Both the position numbers and the translations under genes were made by a program. The notes under the pieces were generated by a model. That model searched no databases, was not told where the DNA came from, and was given only the letters and a program-made list of their open reading frames with translations. A DNA stretch of 64,000 bases from NCBI GenBank assembly GCA_965231025.1, contig OZ246407.1:746935-810934 (forward strand). Reading direction: 5' to 3'. This DNA is from an uncultured Candidatus Peribacteria bacterium (GTDB lineage: Bacteria; Patescibacteriota; Gracilibacteria; UBA1369). The first letter of the stretch is position 1; every line of letters begins with the position of its first letter. Shown here piece after piece: positions 35,268-43,887 of this stretch.

Positions 35268-35849
35268 ATGAACCTCCAAAAACTCTGCGACTACATTTTT
35301 GAACTGAACACCCTCAAAAAATTCCGCCACAGCGGAACCAAACTCGCGGGCGTCAAGGAACCCGACACCATCGCCGAACACGCCTACCGCACAGCCGTCA
35401 TTGGATACGTTTTGGCCAAGGCCGAAAAAGCCAATCCTGACAAAACGGCCCTGATCTGCCTGATGCACGACAACGCCGAAGCGAGGATCACCGACCTCCA
35501 CAAAGTCGCACGCAGGTACATCGACGCAAAAAAACCCGAAAAAACGGCGTACAAAGAACAGCTCCAGAACCTGCCCAAAGAGATCGGAGACCTATTCTGG
35601 AAAAACTTTCTGGAATACGAAGACCAGACGAGCAAAGAAGGGATCATCGCCCGCGACGCGGACATGCTGGAAACGGCTTTCCAGGCAAAAGAGTACCTTG
35701 ATCTGGGATATAAAGCGTGCCAGGACTGGATCAGCAACGTGGAAAAATGCGTCAAAACCGGGACCGCAAAAAAGTTGCTCAAAGCCATGAAAAAAAAGCA
35801 GTTCACGGACTGGTGGCGCGGCCTGAAAAAGATAGATATGGGATATTAA
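35268..35849 (+). CDS. HD-domain phosphohydrolase (YfbR-like 5'-nucleotidase family)
   Basis: Metal ligand pattern H...HD...D: TIAEHAYRTAVIGYVLA, CLMHDNAEARITDLH, ARDADMLE. Confidence 0.75.
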   Translation: MNLQKLCDYIFELNTLKKFRHSGTKLAGVKEPDTIAEHAYRTAVIGYVLAKAEKANPDKTALICLMHDNAEARITDLHKVARRYIDAKKPEKTAYKEQLQNLPKEIGDLFWKNFLEYEDQTSKEGIIARDADMLETAFQAKEYLDLGYKACQDWISNVEKCVKTGTAKKLLKAMKKKQFTDWWRGLKKIDMGY

Positions 35850-35921
35850 AAATCCCCTCCATTCTAAATTCTCCATTCTAAACCCTAAATTCTAAATCCT
35901 AAACTCTCCCCTCCCCTCCAT
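35843..35921 (+). repeat. 79-nt G-free C/T/A tract with short tandem repeats, filling the HD-ruvA spacer
   Basis: The sequence is aatcccctcc attctaaa ttctcc attctaaa ccctaaa ttctaaa tcctaaa ctctcccctcccctcc. It contains ctccattctaaa twice, YYCTAAA three times, and CCTCC blocks at both ends. There is no G between 35842 and 35922. Confidence 0.7.
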
Positions 35922-36495
35922 GATCGGATACCTCCAGGGAACCATCCAGAAAAAACTCGGTAAAAATATTATTCTGAACACCGGAAACGTGGGGTATGTG
36001 GTGAACCTTCCCGCCCCTTTGCTGGAAAAATGCCAGGAAGGAAAAGTACTGGAACTCTACATATTCACCAAGGTGCGTGAGGACGACATCAGCCTCTACG
36101 GATTCACAAAAATCGAGGACCTGGAATTCTTCAAAACCGTACTGAACGTCAACGGAGTGGGTCCGAAAATCGCGCTGGAAATCCTCTCCCAGGACATTAA
36201 CAAAACGAAGGCGGCCATTCTCAGCAATAACATTTTATTCCTCAGCAAAATCCCGGGTATCGGCAAAAAAACCGCCGAACGGATCATCGTCGAACTCAAA
36301 AACAAACTCGACTGGGTGGACTCCATGCGTCTTCACGGAGATTTGGAACACGGGGAAACGAACAACGAAGAAGCGGTGGAAGCATTGGTCGGACTCGGCT
36401 ACCAAAGATTTGAAATCATAAAATTACTGAAAAAAATGCCTGAAGGCATGACGTCGACCGAAGAGATCGTCACCTACTTTTTAAAGAACAACTAG
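35920..36495 (+). CDS. ruvA: Holliday junction DNA helicase subunit RuvA
   Basis: MIGYLQGTI start, an OB domain, and two HhH motifs (LNVNGVGPKIALEIL, LSKIPGIGKKTAERI). Confidence 0.9.
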   Translation: MIGYLQGTIQKKLGKNIILNTGNVGYVVNLPAPLLEKCQEGKVLELYIFTKVREDDISLYGFTKIEDLEFFKTVLNVNGVGPKIALEILSQDINKTKAAILSNNILFLSKIPGIGKKTAERIIVELKNKLDWVDSMRLHGDLEHGETNNEEAVEALVGLGYQRFEIIKLLKKMPEGMTSTEEIVTYFLKNN

Positions 36496-36496
36496 C

Positions 36497-37621
36497 GTGG
36501 AATCCAACGAATGCACCCACCGCATCAGAAAAGTCCAGGGCAACCTGAACAAACACGGCCTTGACGCCCTGCTGGTAACGGACAGCTTCAACGTACGGTA
36601 TTTAAGCGGCTTTACCGGCACCAACGGCCAGATATTCATCGGCAAAAAAAGCGCGCGCCTCATCACCGATTTCCGTTACCTGGCAGTGGCTAAAAAAATC
36701 CTGCCACCGTCCATACAACTGACGGAGATGAACAAAGGTCTCATCGCCGCGCTCCAGAAACTCACCGAAAAAGATCAAAAATCCGCGGAGGACGGCAAAA
36801 TGCTCAGGATCGGTTTTGAAGAAAAAAACGTGAACTATTCCAGGTACACAGACCTGAAGAAACATCTCAAAGATGCCTGTTCCCTGAAACCAATCCATGG
36901 GATCGTTGAAAACCTCCGGATGATCAAAACCCCCGAAGAAATCAGACTCATCACCAAAGCCCAGCGGATCGCCGAAAAAGTTTTTCAGGAAGTCAGGAAA
37001 GACCTCAAAGTCGGCAAAACCGAACAGCAGATCGCCTGGGAAATTGAAAAGCTCGGCCACGAATTCGGAGCCGACACCATCTCATTTCCGGCCATCGTCG
37101 GATTCCATCAAAACAGCGCCAGCCCTCACCACCAGAATTCCACCCGGAAACTCAAAAAAGGCGACGTCGTGCTCATCGACATGGGAATGATGTACAAAGG
37201 ATACTGTTCGGACATGACCCGCATGATCTTCACCAAAAAACCGACCGCTTTTGAAGCAAAAATCTACAATACGGTCCTTGAAGCCCAGGAAACCGCCATC
37301 AAAAAACTCAAAGCTGACATAAAAGGCAATATTGCAGACAAATGGTCAAGGGATATCATTGCGAAAGCGGGTTACGGCAAGACGTTCGGCCACAGCCTGG
37401 GACACGGCATCGGCCTGGAAGTCCACGAGGGACCGTCACTCTCCCAAGGCTACGAAGAGCCAATCCCAGAGGGAACGATCGTAACGGTAGAACCGGGCAT
37501 TTACCTGGAGAATTCTTTTGGAGTTCGGATCGAAGATATGGTATTAGTAAAGCGTAATCATGTCGAGAACCTCACCAAAATTCCTAAGAACTTACAGGAC
37601 TCAATCTTCCCTATTCGTTAA
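36497..37621 (+). CDS. pepP: M24-family Xaa-Pro aminopeptidase
   Basis: GTG start 1 nt after the ruvA stop. Creatinase-like N-domain. Metal ligands are present in DVVLIDMGMMYKGYCSDMTR, GHSLGHGIGLEVHE, VTVEPGIY and RIEDMV. Confidence 0.85.
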   Translation: MESNECTHRIRKVQGNLNKHGLDALLVTDSFNVRYLSGFTGTNGQIFIGKKSARLITDFRYLAVAKKILPPSIQLTEMNKGLIAALQKLTEKDQKSAEDGKMLRIGFEEKNVNYSRYTDLKKHLKDACSLKPIHGIVENLRMIKTPEEIRLITKAQRIAEKVFQEVRKDLKVGKTEQQIAWEIEKLGHEFGADTISFPAIVGFHQNSASPHHQNSTRKLKKGDVVLIDMGMMYKGYCSDMTRMIFTKKPTAFEAKIYNTVLEAQETAIKKLKADIKGNIADKWSRDIIAKAGYGKTFGHSLGHGIGLEVHEGPSLSQGYEEPIPEGTIVTVEPGIYLENSFGVRIEDMVLVKRNHVENLTKIPKNLQDSIFPIR

Positions 37622-37624
37622 GAG

Positions 37625-38959
37625 ATGAAATCACCAAAAGTTGCCGTCATTTTATTTCCAGGGAGTAATTGCGAACTCGAAGCACTCCGTGCCGTACGGC
37701 GGTCTCACATGGAGGCGGAACTCATCCGGTGGAACGACCATTCCAAAAAACTCGGCAATTATGACGCGTTCATACTGCCGGGCGGTTTTTCGTATGAAGA
37801 CCGGGGACGTTCCGGAATCATCGCCTCAAAAGACCCGATCATGAAAACCGTCATCAAAGAGGCGGGAAACGGCAAACCCGTACTGGGAATCTGTAATGGC
37901 GCGCAAGTCCTGGTGGAAACGGGAATGATCCCGGGACTCCATCCCGAACATCTGGAAATGGCCCTCGCCTGGAACGAACGGATCAAAAACGGGAAAATTC
38001 TCGGGGTGGGGTTTTACAACGACTGGGTATATATCCGGCATAACTCCAAACCCGGCAGGAGTGTTTTCAACAGATTCAACCAAAAAACATTGATGCACAT
38101 TCCCGTCGCACACGGGGAAGGACGTTTTACCACGAAAGACAAAACTATCCTGAAAAAACTCATCGCCAATGACCAGACCCTGTTCCGTTACTGCAACGCC
38201 AAGGGTGAGTTCATTGATGAATTCCCGGTCAATCCGAACGGCGCGATGTACAACCTTGCCGGAGTATGCAACCCGGAAGGAAACGTGATGGCACTCATGC
38301 CACACCCGGAACGCACGCTCAAAGGACAGCCGATGTTTGATTCTCTCGCTTCATATTTTCAAAGCTCCCACAAAATCCCGGTCCAAAAAAAGAGCATCCC
38401 AAAGCCTGACAAAACAGTAAAATTCCAGCCCATGGAAGCAGTGGAAAAACCCGTAAAAAAACCGGACATCACCATTTTGGTACGGCTCATCATCACCGAT
38501 AACGAAGAAAGAACACTCGAAAACACGCTAAAGGGAATTGGATTCAAGGACATCGGGCTCTACCGGCAAGTCTTCCTGGGATTCACATTGAAGGAGAAAA
38601 AAAATCTCGGAAAAACCGCGGTTCAGCTGATCGAAAGCGGAGAAATTCTGAACCTGAACAAGGAGATCCCGACGGTTTTCATCAATAACCAGGCCTACAG
38701 CTACAAGAGCGGGGTCGGTCTGCAAAAAATAAAGAGCCCCCTCCCGTCAGGCCGCCACGTCATCGCCATGGAATACGATAATTACGTAGGAAAAAGCATT
38801 TTTAACAACCTCAAAACCCTCGAACACCTGAGTGGACTCCTGAAAGTGGAAAGAGGCATCCACTGGACCGTCAAGACCGGATCGCCGAAAAAAACCGAAG
38901 ATGTCATCGGCACCCACATCTTCCACAACCCTCACTCCATGAAGCTCCTTACCGTCTAG
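37625..38959 (+). CDS. purQ: FGAM synthase glutaminase PurQ fused to two PurS-like modules
   Basis: The PurQ part carries VAVILFPGSNCE, the catalytic Cys in GICNGAQ (about 37885-37905), and MPHPER. From about nt 38470 there are two about 80-aa PurS-like repeats (ITILVRLIITDNEERTLENTLKGIGF.. and HVIAMEYDNYVGKSIFNNLKTLEHL..THIFHNPHSMK). Confidence 0.75.
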   Translation: MKSPKVAVILFPGSNCELEALRAVRRSHMEAELIRWNDHSKKLGNYDAFILPGGFSYEDRGRSGIIASKDPIMKTVIKEAGNGKPVLGICNGAQVLVETGMIPGLHPEHLEMALAWNERIKNGKILGVGFYNDWVYIRHNSKPGRSVFNRFNQKTLMHIPVAHGEGRFTTKDKTILKKLIANDQTLFRYCNAKGEFIDEFPVNPNGAMYNLAGVCNPEGNVMALMPHPERTLKGQPMFDSLASYFQSSHKIPVQKKSIPKPDKTVKFQPMEAVEKPVKKPDITILVRLIITDNEERTLENTLKGIGFKDIGLYRQVFLGFTLKEKKNLGKTAVQLIESGEILNLNKEIPTVFINNQAYSYKSGVGLQKIKSPLPSGRHVIAMEYDNYVGKSIFNNLKTLEHLSGLLKVERGIHWTVKTGSPKKTEDVIGTHIFHNPHSMKLLTV

Positions 38960-38961
38960 TC

Positions 38962-40731
38962 ATGTGTGGAATTTTTGCCTATTTAGGCCAGAGAAAAAAC
39001 GCCGCAGAATTTGTCATTGAAGGACTCAAAAGCCTGGAATACCGGGGATACGATTCCTGGGGCGTCGCCTACGACGAAGGCCGAAAACTGGGGATTTACC
39101 GCCAGATCGGTAAAATCAGCGACTACGACCCGGAAAAAACAAAATTCCCCGAAAGCACCATGGCGCTTGGACACTCCAGATGGGCAACCCACGGAGGAGT
39201 AACCGTTGCGAACGCGCACCCCCACGCCAACTCCGATTCCACTATCGCCATCGTCCACAACGGAATCATCGAGAATTTCGAGGAACTCAAGAAAGAACTC
39301 ACCGGAAAAGGGTACGAATTCAAATCCCAAACGGACTCCGAAGTCATCGCCCACCTGATAAGCGACTACACCAAGAAGATGGATTTTGAACAGGCGGCAA
39401 AGGAAGCGATGAAACGCCTGGACGGACGTTTCGCGGTTCTGGCCATGAAGGCGGGAGACCGCAAAATTATCGCCGCGCGGAGAGGATCTCCCCTCATCGT
39501 CGGGATCGGGGAAAACGAATATTTCGTAGCCTCTGACATTCCGGCATTTTTGGAATACACCCGCAAAGTGATGTACCTGGACGATAACCAGCTTGTCGTT
39601 CTGAACGACGGTCCGCATTTCTTTGATATTGCCACCGGTGAATCACTGGAAAAAAGAGTCGTGGAAATCAACTGGAAGGCGGAATTTGCCGAAAAAGGCA
39701 ACTTCCCTCATTTCATGATCAAGGAGATCATGGAACAAAAAGACACGATCTACCGCGCCATCAACCAGGACGACCGGGAAATCCTGAAAATCGCGGACGA
39801 AATCAAAAAAGCGTATGGAACATTCCTCATCGGATGCGGTACGGCGGGGAAAGTGTGTCTGGCCGCGGAATATATTTTTGCCAAAGTCGCCAAACGCCAC
39901 GTGAATGTGGTGGTGGGTTCCGAATTCCCGAGCCACCAGGACTTCCTGAAAGAAAAAAGCCTCGTCATCGCCGTGTCACAAAGCGGCGAAACGGCAGACA
40001 CCCTGGAAGCCATTGAAGTGGCCAAGAAAAAGGGGTCAAAAGTTCTTTCCATCGTCAACGTGGAGGGATCAACCATGGACCGGGAATCCGACTATTCACT
40101 GCACATCAATGCCGGCCCGGAAAAAGCCGTAGCCTCGACAAAAGCGACGACATCCCAGCTCGCGATTCTTACGTTACTGGCCTACGCATGCGCAGAAAAA
40201 CTGCAGGACGGAAAAACCCTGCTCATCGACACCGCAGCAAAAATCAATGACATGCTCAACCCGAGATACGAAGAACACATCCATGATCTTGCCGAAAAGA
40301 TACAGCACCATGAGAGCATGTACGTGATCGGCAAAGCGGTAAACTTCGCAATCGCCCTTGAAGCGGCCATTAAGCTGCAGGAAGTATCCTACATCCATGC
40401 CGAAGGATTCGCGGGCGGCGAATTGAAACACGGCCCGATAGCGCTCATAAGCGAGGGAACCCCCTGCATCGTCCTCGTTTCAAACGACAACACCCGAACG
40501 GACATTCTGAACAACGCTCGTGAAGTCAAAGCCCGGGGAGGGTTCATCATAGGGGTTTCACCTGAAAACGAAGAGATTTTCGATTTCTGGATCAAAGTTC
40601 CCGACGTGGGTATCGCTTCGCCGATCGTCAATATTATCCCCATCCAGCTTTTGGCTTATCACCTGGCTCTTCTGCGCCGGAACAACCCCGATATGCCACG
40701 GAATCTGGCAAAAAGCGTCACCGTGAAATAA
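38962..40731 (+). CDS. glmS: Glutamine--fructose-6-phosphate aminotransferase
   Basis: MCGIFAY N-terminal nucleophile, and two SIS domains (SQSGETADT, and a C-terminus ending KSVTVK). Confidence 0.95.
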   Translation: MCGIFAYLGQRKNAAEFVIEGLKSLEYRGYDSWGVAYDEGRKLGIYRQIGKISDYDPEKTKFPESTMALGHSRWATHGGVTVANAHPHANSDSTIAIVHNGIIENFEELKKELTGKGYEFKSQTDSEVIAHLISDYTKKMDFEQAAKEAMKRLDGRFAVLAMKAGDRKIIAARRGSPLIVGIGENEYFVASDIPAFLEYTRKVMYLDDNQLVVLNDGPHFFDIATGESLEKRVVEINWKAEFAEKGNFPHFMIKEIMEQKDTIYRAINQDDREILKIADEIKKAYGTFLIGCGTAGKVCLAAEYIFAKVAKRHVNVVVGSEFPSHQDFLKEKSLVIAVSQSGETADTLEAIEVAKKKGSKVLSIVNVEGSTMDRESDYSLHINAGPEKAVASTKATTSQLAILTLLAYACAEKLQDGKTLLIDTAAKINDMLNPRYEEHIHDLAEKIQHHESMYVIGKAVNFAIALEAAIKLQEVSYIHAEGFAGGELKHGPIALISEGTPCIVLVSNDNTRTDILNNAREVKARGGFIIGVSPENEEIFDFWIKVPDVGIASPIVNIIPIQLLAYHLALLRRNNPDMPRNLAKSVTVK

Positions 40732-40790
40732 TTGCCGTTACCGTCCCGAACCGGAAGAAAACACATCCGCTTCTAAAAAAGAGGTTTTTT

Positions 40791-40799
40791 TGGTATAAT
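40791..40799 (+). promoter_or_regulatory. Extended -10 element TGGTATAAT upstream of the coiled-coil gene trio
   Basis: tggtataat at 40791-40799, 24 nt before the ATG at 40823, implying a short leader. Confidence 0.4.
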
Positions 40800-40822
40800 G
40801 AAAAGATAAATAAACCATACGT

Positions 40823-41365
40823 ATGGAACCACGGCGACCTACCGAAGACGGAAGCTCTCCCGACATCAGCGGACAACGTTTCAACGACCTGGTTTATTCA
40901 CTCGAAACAAAGACATTTTCCCGATTCAAAGCTCAACTCGTAAGGAACAACGTCTTCAACGCTTTGCAAGAATGGAACGATCCCCTGCCACAATTTCCTT
41001 TCGACGAAATCTGCGAAGAACTCAAAAAAAGACTGGCCACACTGAGCAAACACAAACTGCAGGACACAAAAATATGGCTACTGGACCCACTGAAAAGGAT
41101 CACTCAAATCATTAACAGCGAGCAGAAACGTCTGGGAAAAAGCGCTGCGGAAATGACAAGGGCCGAACTGCTGGAAAAAGAAAAAGAGGTCGAACAACTG
41201 CTGCAGGATCTCACCCGTCAAAAAATGAAATTTGAAGAATTAATAGGAACCGTCGAAAAAATTGAGAAGGAAAGGGAACCGCGCATAAACATTCAACAAT
41301 CCACAAAAAAACAGTTCAAACAACTTCACCTCTTTGAGGACAACGACGATGCCGACACCAGATGA
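40823..41365 (+). CDS. Hypothetical coiled-coil protein (180 aa)
   Basis: The ORF has a heptad-rich C-terminal half (AELLEKEKEVEQLLQDLTRQKMKFEELIGTVEKIEKE). No domain recognised. Confidence 0.45.
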   Translation: MEPRRPTEDGSSPDISGQRFNDLVYSLETKTFSRFKAQLVRNNVFNALQEWNDPLPQFPFDEICEELKKRLATLSKHKLQDTKIWLLDPLKRITQIINSEQKRLGKSAAEMTRAELLEKEKEVEQLLQDLTRQKMKFEELIGTVEKIEKEREPRINIQQSTKKQFKQLHLFEDNDDADTR

Positions 41366-41672
41366 ACTCTACAACCAGACCATCCAGGCACAGCGCGACT
41401 ACCTCACGAAACTGCAGGAAGCCTTCAATAAGCGCTGCGACGACATAGCCGTCCAGACAAATCAAAAACTTGCGACGGTTCCCGAGACGGACACCGAAGG
41501 ACGAAAAAAAATATTCGACGAACAAAAAAAACTCCTCGACGAAGCACTCACTCAGCTGAAAAACGAGGTATCACACAGCGGAGCCGAAGTAAGAAGAAAA
41601 CTTGAAGAGCTCTATTCACAGCGGGAAGTGAACGTCATTGCGACCCTGGAAAACGACATGAAAACACTTTAG
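41349..41672 (+). CDS. Hypothetical coiled-coil protein (107 aa)
   Basis: I prefer the ATG at 41349 (MPTPDELYNQ) to the TTG at 41334. It overlaps the preceding gene by 17 nt in another frame. Confidence 0.45.
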   Translation: MPTPDELYNQTIQAQRDYLTKLQEAFNKRCDDIAVQTNQKLATVPETDTEGRKKIFDEQKKLLDEALTQLKNEVSHSGAEVRRKLEELYSQREVNVIATLENDMKTL

Positions 41673-41680
41673 ACACAACA

Positions 41681-41923
41681 ATGAAATTCCTCGCCAAAAA
41701 ACGATTCGTGTTCCAGCAAGCGCCCCAGGTGCCGGAACAGCAGGTACAACCCCCTCCGGTCGACGCAGGTAAAGAGGTCGCGCCGCCCGGTCCCGAGACC
41801 GGAAAAGAAACGCTCCCCCAGTCCGCCGATGCCGTGAGCGGCGAATACAAGGAAAAAGGGAAACAAAACGTGGCGGGAGCAAACGCCAAACTGGATGTTT
41901 TTCAAAACCTGAAGTTGGGGTAA
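41681..41923 (+). CDS. Hypothetical Pro/Gln-rich small protein (80 aa)
   Basis: The ORF starts 8 nt after the previous stop and ends 11 nt before pyk. It is low complexity, so coding status is uncertain. Confidence 0.35.
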   Translation: MKFLAKKRFVFQQAPQVPEQQVQPPPVDAGKEVAPPGPETGKETLPQSADAVSGEYKEKGKQNVAGANAKLDVFQNLKLG

Positions 41924-41934
41924 AATGCAAAAGC

Positions 41935-43341
41935 ATGACACAAAGAAACACAAAAATTGTTTGCACACTCGGGCCTGCTTCCGAAAGTGAAACCATGATA
42001 GAAAAAATGATACGCGCGGGAATGAACGTCGCCCGGCTCAATTTTTCACATGGAGATTACGGCGAGTTCGCCAAACTGATCAGGAACATCCGGAAAATTT
42101 CAAAAAAACTCGGGGTTCCGGTGGCAATCATGCAGGACCTGCAGGGGCCGAAAATCCGGGTCGGTGAAATGCCGGAAAAGGGAGTGGAAATCAAGAAGGG
42201 CGAAATCATCGTACTGACCACCGCCAATCTTCCCGGAAAGACCGGACTGATTCCGGTCCAATACAAAGACCTGCCGAAAGACGTCCACAAAAGGGACCGG
42301 ATTCTGATGGATGACGGACTACTTGAAGTGGAAGTGACCAAGGTCACTCCGACCGAAATCACCTGCAGGGTCATCAACGGAGGAACCGTCTTCAGACATA
42401 AAGGAATCAACGTCCCCACCGCTTCCATAAGCGCCAACCCGATTACCCTCAAAGACAAACAGGACCTCTTTTTCGCGCTCAAAAACGACGTGGATTACGT
42501 GGCCATGTCCTTTGTAAAATCGGCGAAAAACATCATAGAACTGCGCGAACTCATCCGGCAGAAACACGGCAGAGCCAAAATTATAGCAAAAATAGAACGT
42601 CACGAAGCCGTGGAAAATCTTGAAAGCATTATCATCGAAACCGACGCCGTCATGGTGGCGCGGGGAGATCTGGGCGTGGAAGTGGCGGCCGAGAAAGTTC
42701 CTCTCATCCAAAAACAGATGATCCACCTGGCGAACATTCACGGCAAACCGGTGATCACCGCCACGCAGATTCTTCAGTCCATGGTCACGAACCCCAGGCC
42801 CACCCGGGCGGAAATGAGCGACGCGGCCAACGCGGTCTTTGACCATTCGGACGCACTCATGCTTTCGAACGAATCCGCCGTGGGGAAATATCCCATCGAA
42901 GCGGCACAAACACTGGTAAGGGTTGCAACCTCAGTCGAAGGGTTCCTGAAAAAGCACAAAGATTTCCAGCCAAACAGGCTGTTTCTGGAAAACACTCCCG
43001 TTTCATACGCCACGTGCATGAACGGGACAAAACTCGCCATCGATATCGGCGCCAAACTGATCGTGACGATTACCCAGTCCGGGTTCACAGCCCAGCACGT
43101 CGCCAAACACAGGCCTTATATCCCCATCGTCGCGATAACCCCCGATGAAAAAGTACGTCAGCAGCTTGCGCTGGTATGGGGCATCAACCAGATTATTGTT
43201 CATGAGGTAAATCTCAAACACTATGCCGACGTAACAAAAAAACTCCTGCTCAAACAGAAACTCGTAAAAAAAGGCGATAAAATCGTCATCATCAGTAACG
43301 CGAGCACCGAGGAAAAAGTGATTTCCACTATCAAAATCTAA
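41935..43341 (+). CDS. pyk: Pyruvate kinase
   Basis: The sequence carries TKIVCTLGPAS, NVARLNFSHG, MVARGDLGVE and TQILQSM. Confidence 0.92.
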   Translation: MTQRNTKIVCTLGPASESETMIEKMIRAGMNVARLNFSHGDYGEFAKLIRNIRKISKKLGVPVAIMQDLQGPKIRVGEMPEKGVEIKKGEIIVLTTANLPGKTGLIPVQYKDLPKDVHKRDRILMDDGLLEVEVTKVTPTEITCRVINGGTVFRHKGINVPTASISANPITLKDKQDLFFALKNDVDYVAMSFVKSAKNIIELRELIRQKHGRAKIIAKIERHEAVENLESIIIETDAVMVARGDLGVEVAAEKVPLIQKQMIHLANIHGKPVITATQILQSMVTNPRPTRAEMSDAANAVFDHSDALMLSNESAVGKYPIEAAQTLVRVATSVEGFLKKHKDFQPNRLFLENTPVSYATCMNGTKLAIDIGAKLIVTITQSGFTAQHVAKHRPYIPIVAITPDEKVRQQLALVWGINQIIVHEVNLKHYADVTKKLLLKQKLVKKGDKIVIISNASTEEKVISTIKI

Positions 43342-43383
43342 GCAAATTCGCTACAATAGGGATAACTTTTTTGACGTGCCCGC

Positions 43384-43881
43384 ATGCGCATTTTAGGTCT
43401 TGATCCGGGAACGGCGACGATCGGATTTGGCATCATCGAAACCGGTAGACACAAACATCAGCTGCTCGATTATGGATGCATAAAAACCGCGGCCGGACTC
43501 CCCTTCCCCGTAAGACTCAAACAGATTTACACGGATCTTAAAACAATCATCAGCGAGTGGAAACCCCAGTCGGTGGCGATTGAGGAGATTTTTTTCAGCA
43601 AAAACGTCAAGACCGCAATTCAGGTGGCGCAGGCCAGAGGGGCCATTCTGCAGCAGCTCGCGCTCGGAACCTACCACATCACCGAATATAAACCGCAGCA
43701 GGTCAAAGAGGCCGTGTGCGGCTACGGAAAGGCCGAAAAAAAGCAGGTTCAAAAAATGGTCCAACTGATTCTGGAAATGGACGAGATTCCCCACCCCGAC
43801 GACGCCGCCGATGCCCTGGCACTGGCAATCTGCCATGCAAACAGTCTTCAAATGCAAAACCTCGTCGCACAATCCTACTAA
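43384..43881 (+). CDS. ruvC: Crossover junction endodeoxyribonuclease RuvC
   Basis: MRILGLDPGTATIGFGI, with catalytic acidic residues (D7, the E in AIEEIFF, and DDAADALALAICH). Confidence 0.9.
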   Translation: MRILGLDPGTATIGFGIIETGRHKHQLLDYGCIKTAAGLPFPVRLKQIYTDLKTIISEWKPQSVAIEEIFFSKNVKTAIQVAQARGAILQQLALGTYHITEYKPQQVKEAVCGYGKAEKKQVQKMVQLILEMDEIPHPDDAADALALAICHANSLQMQNLVAQSY

Positions 43882-43887
43882 AAAGAT

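Noticed and set aside
35855-35915. CCCTAAA/TTCTAAA heptamers as a telomere-like repeat or a CRISPR-like array.
   Set aside because: There are only three to five degenerate short units, with no spacers and no cas or telomere-maintenance genes. I treat it as a local low-complexity regulatory tract.
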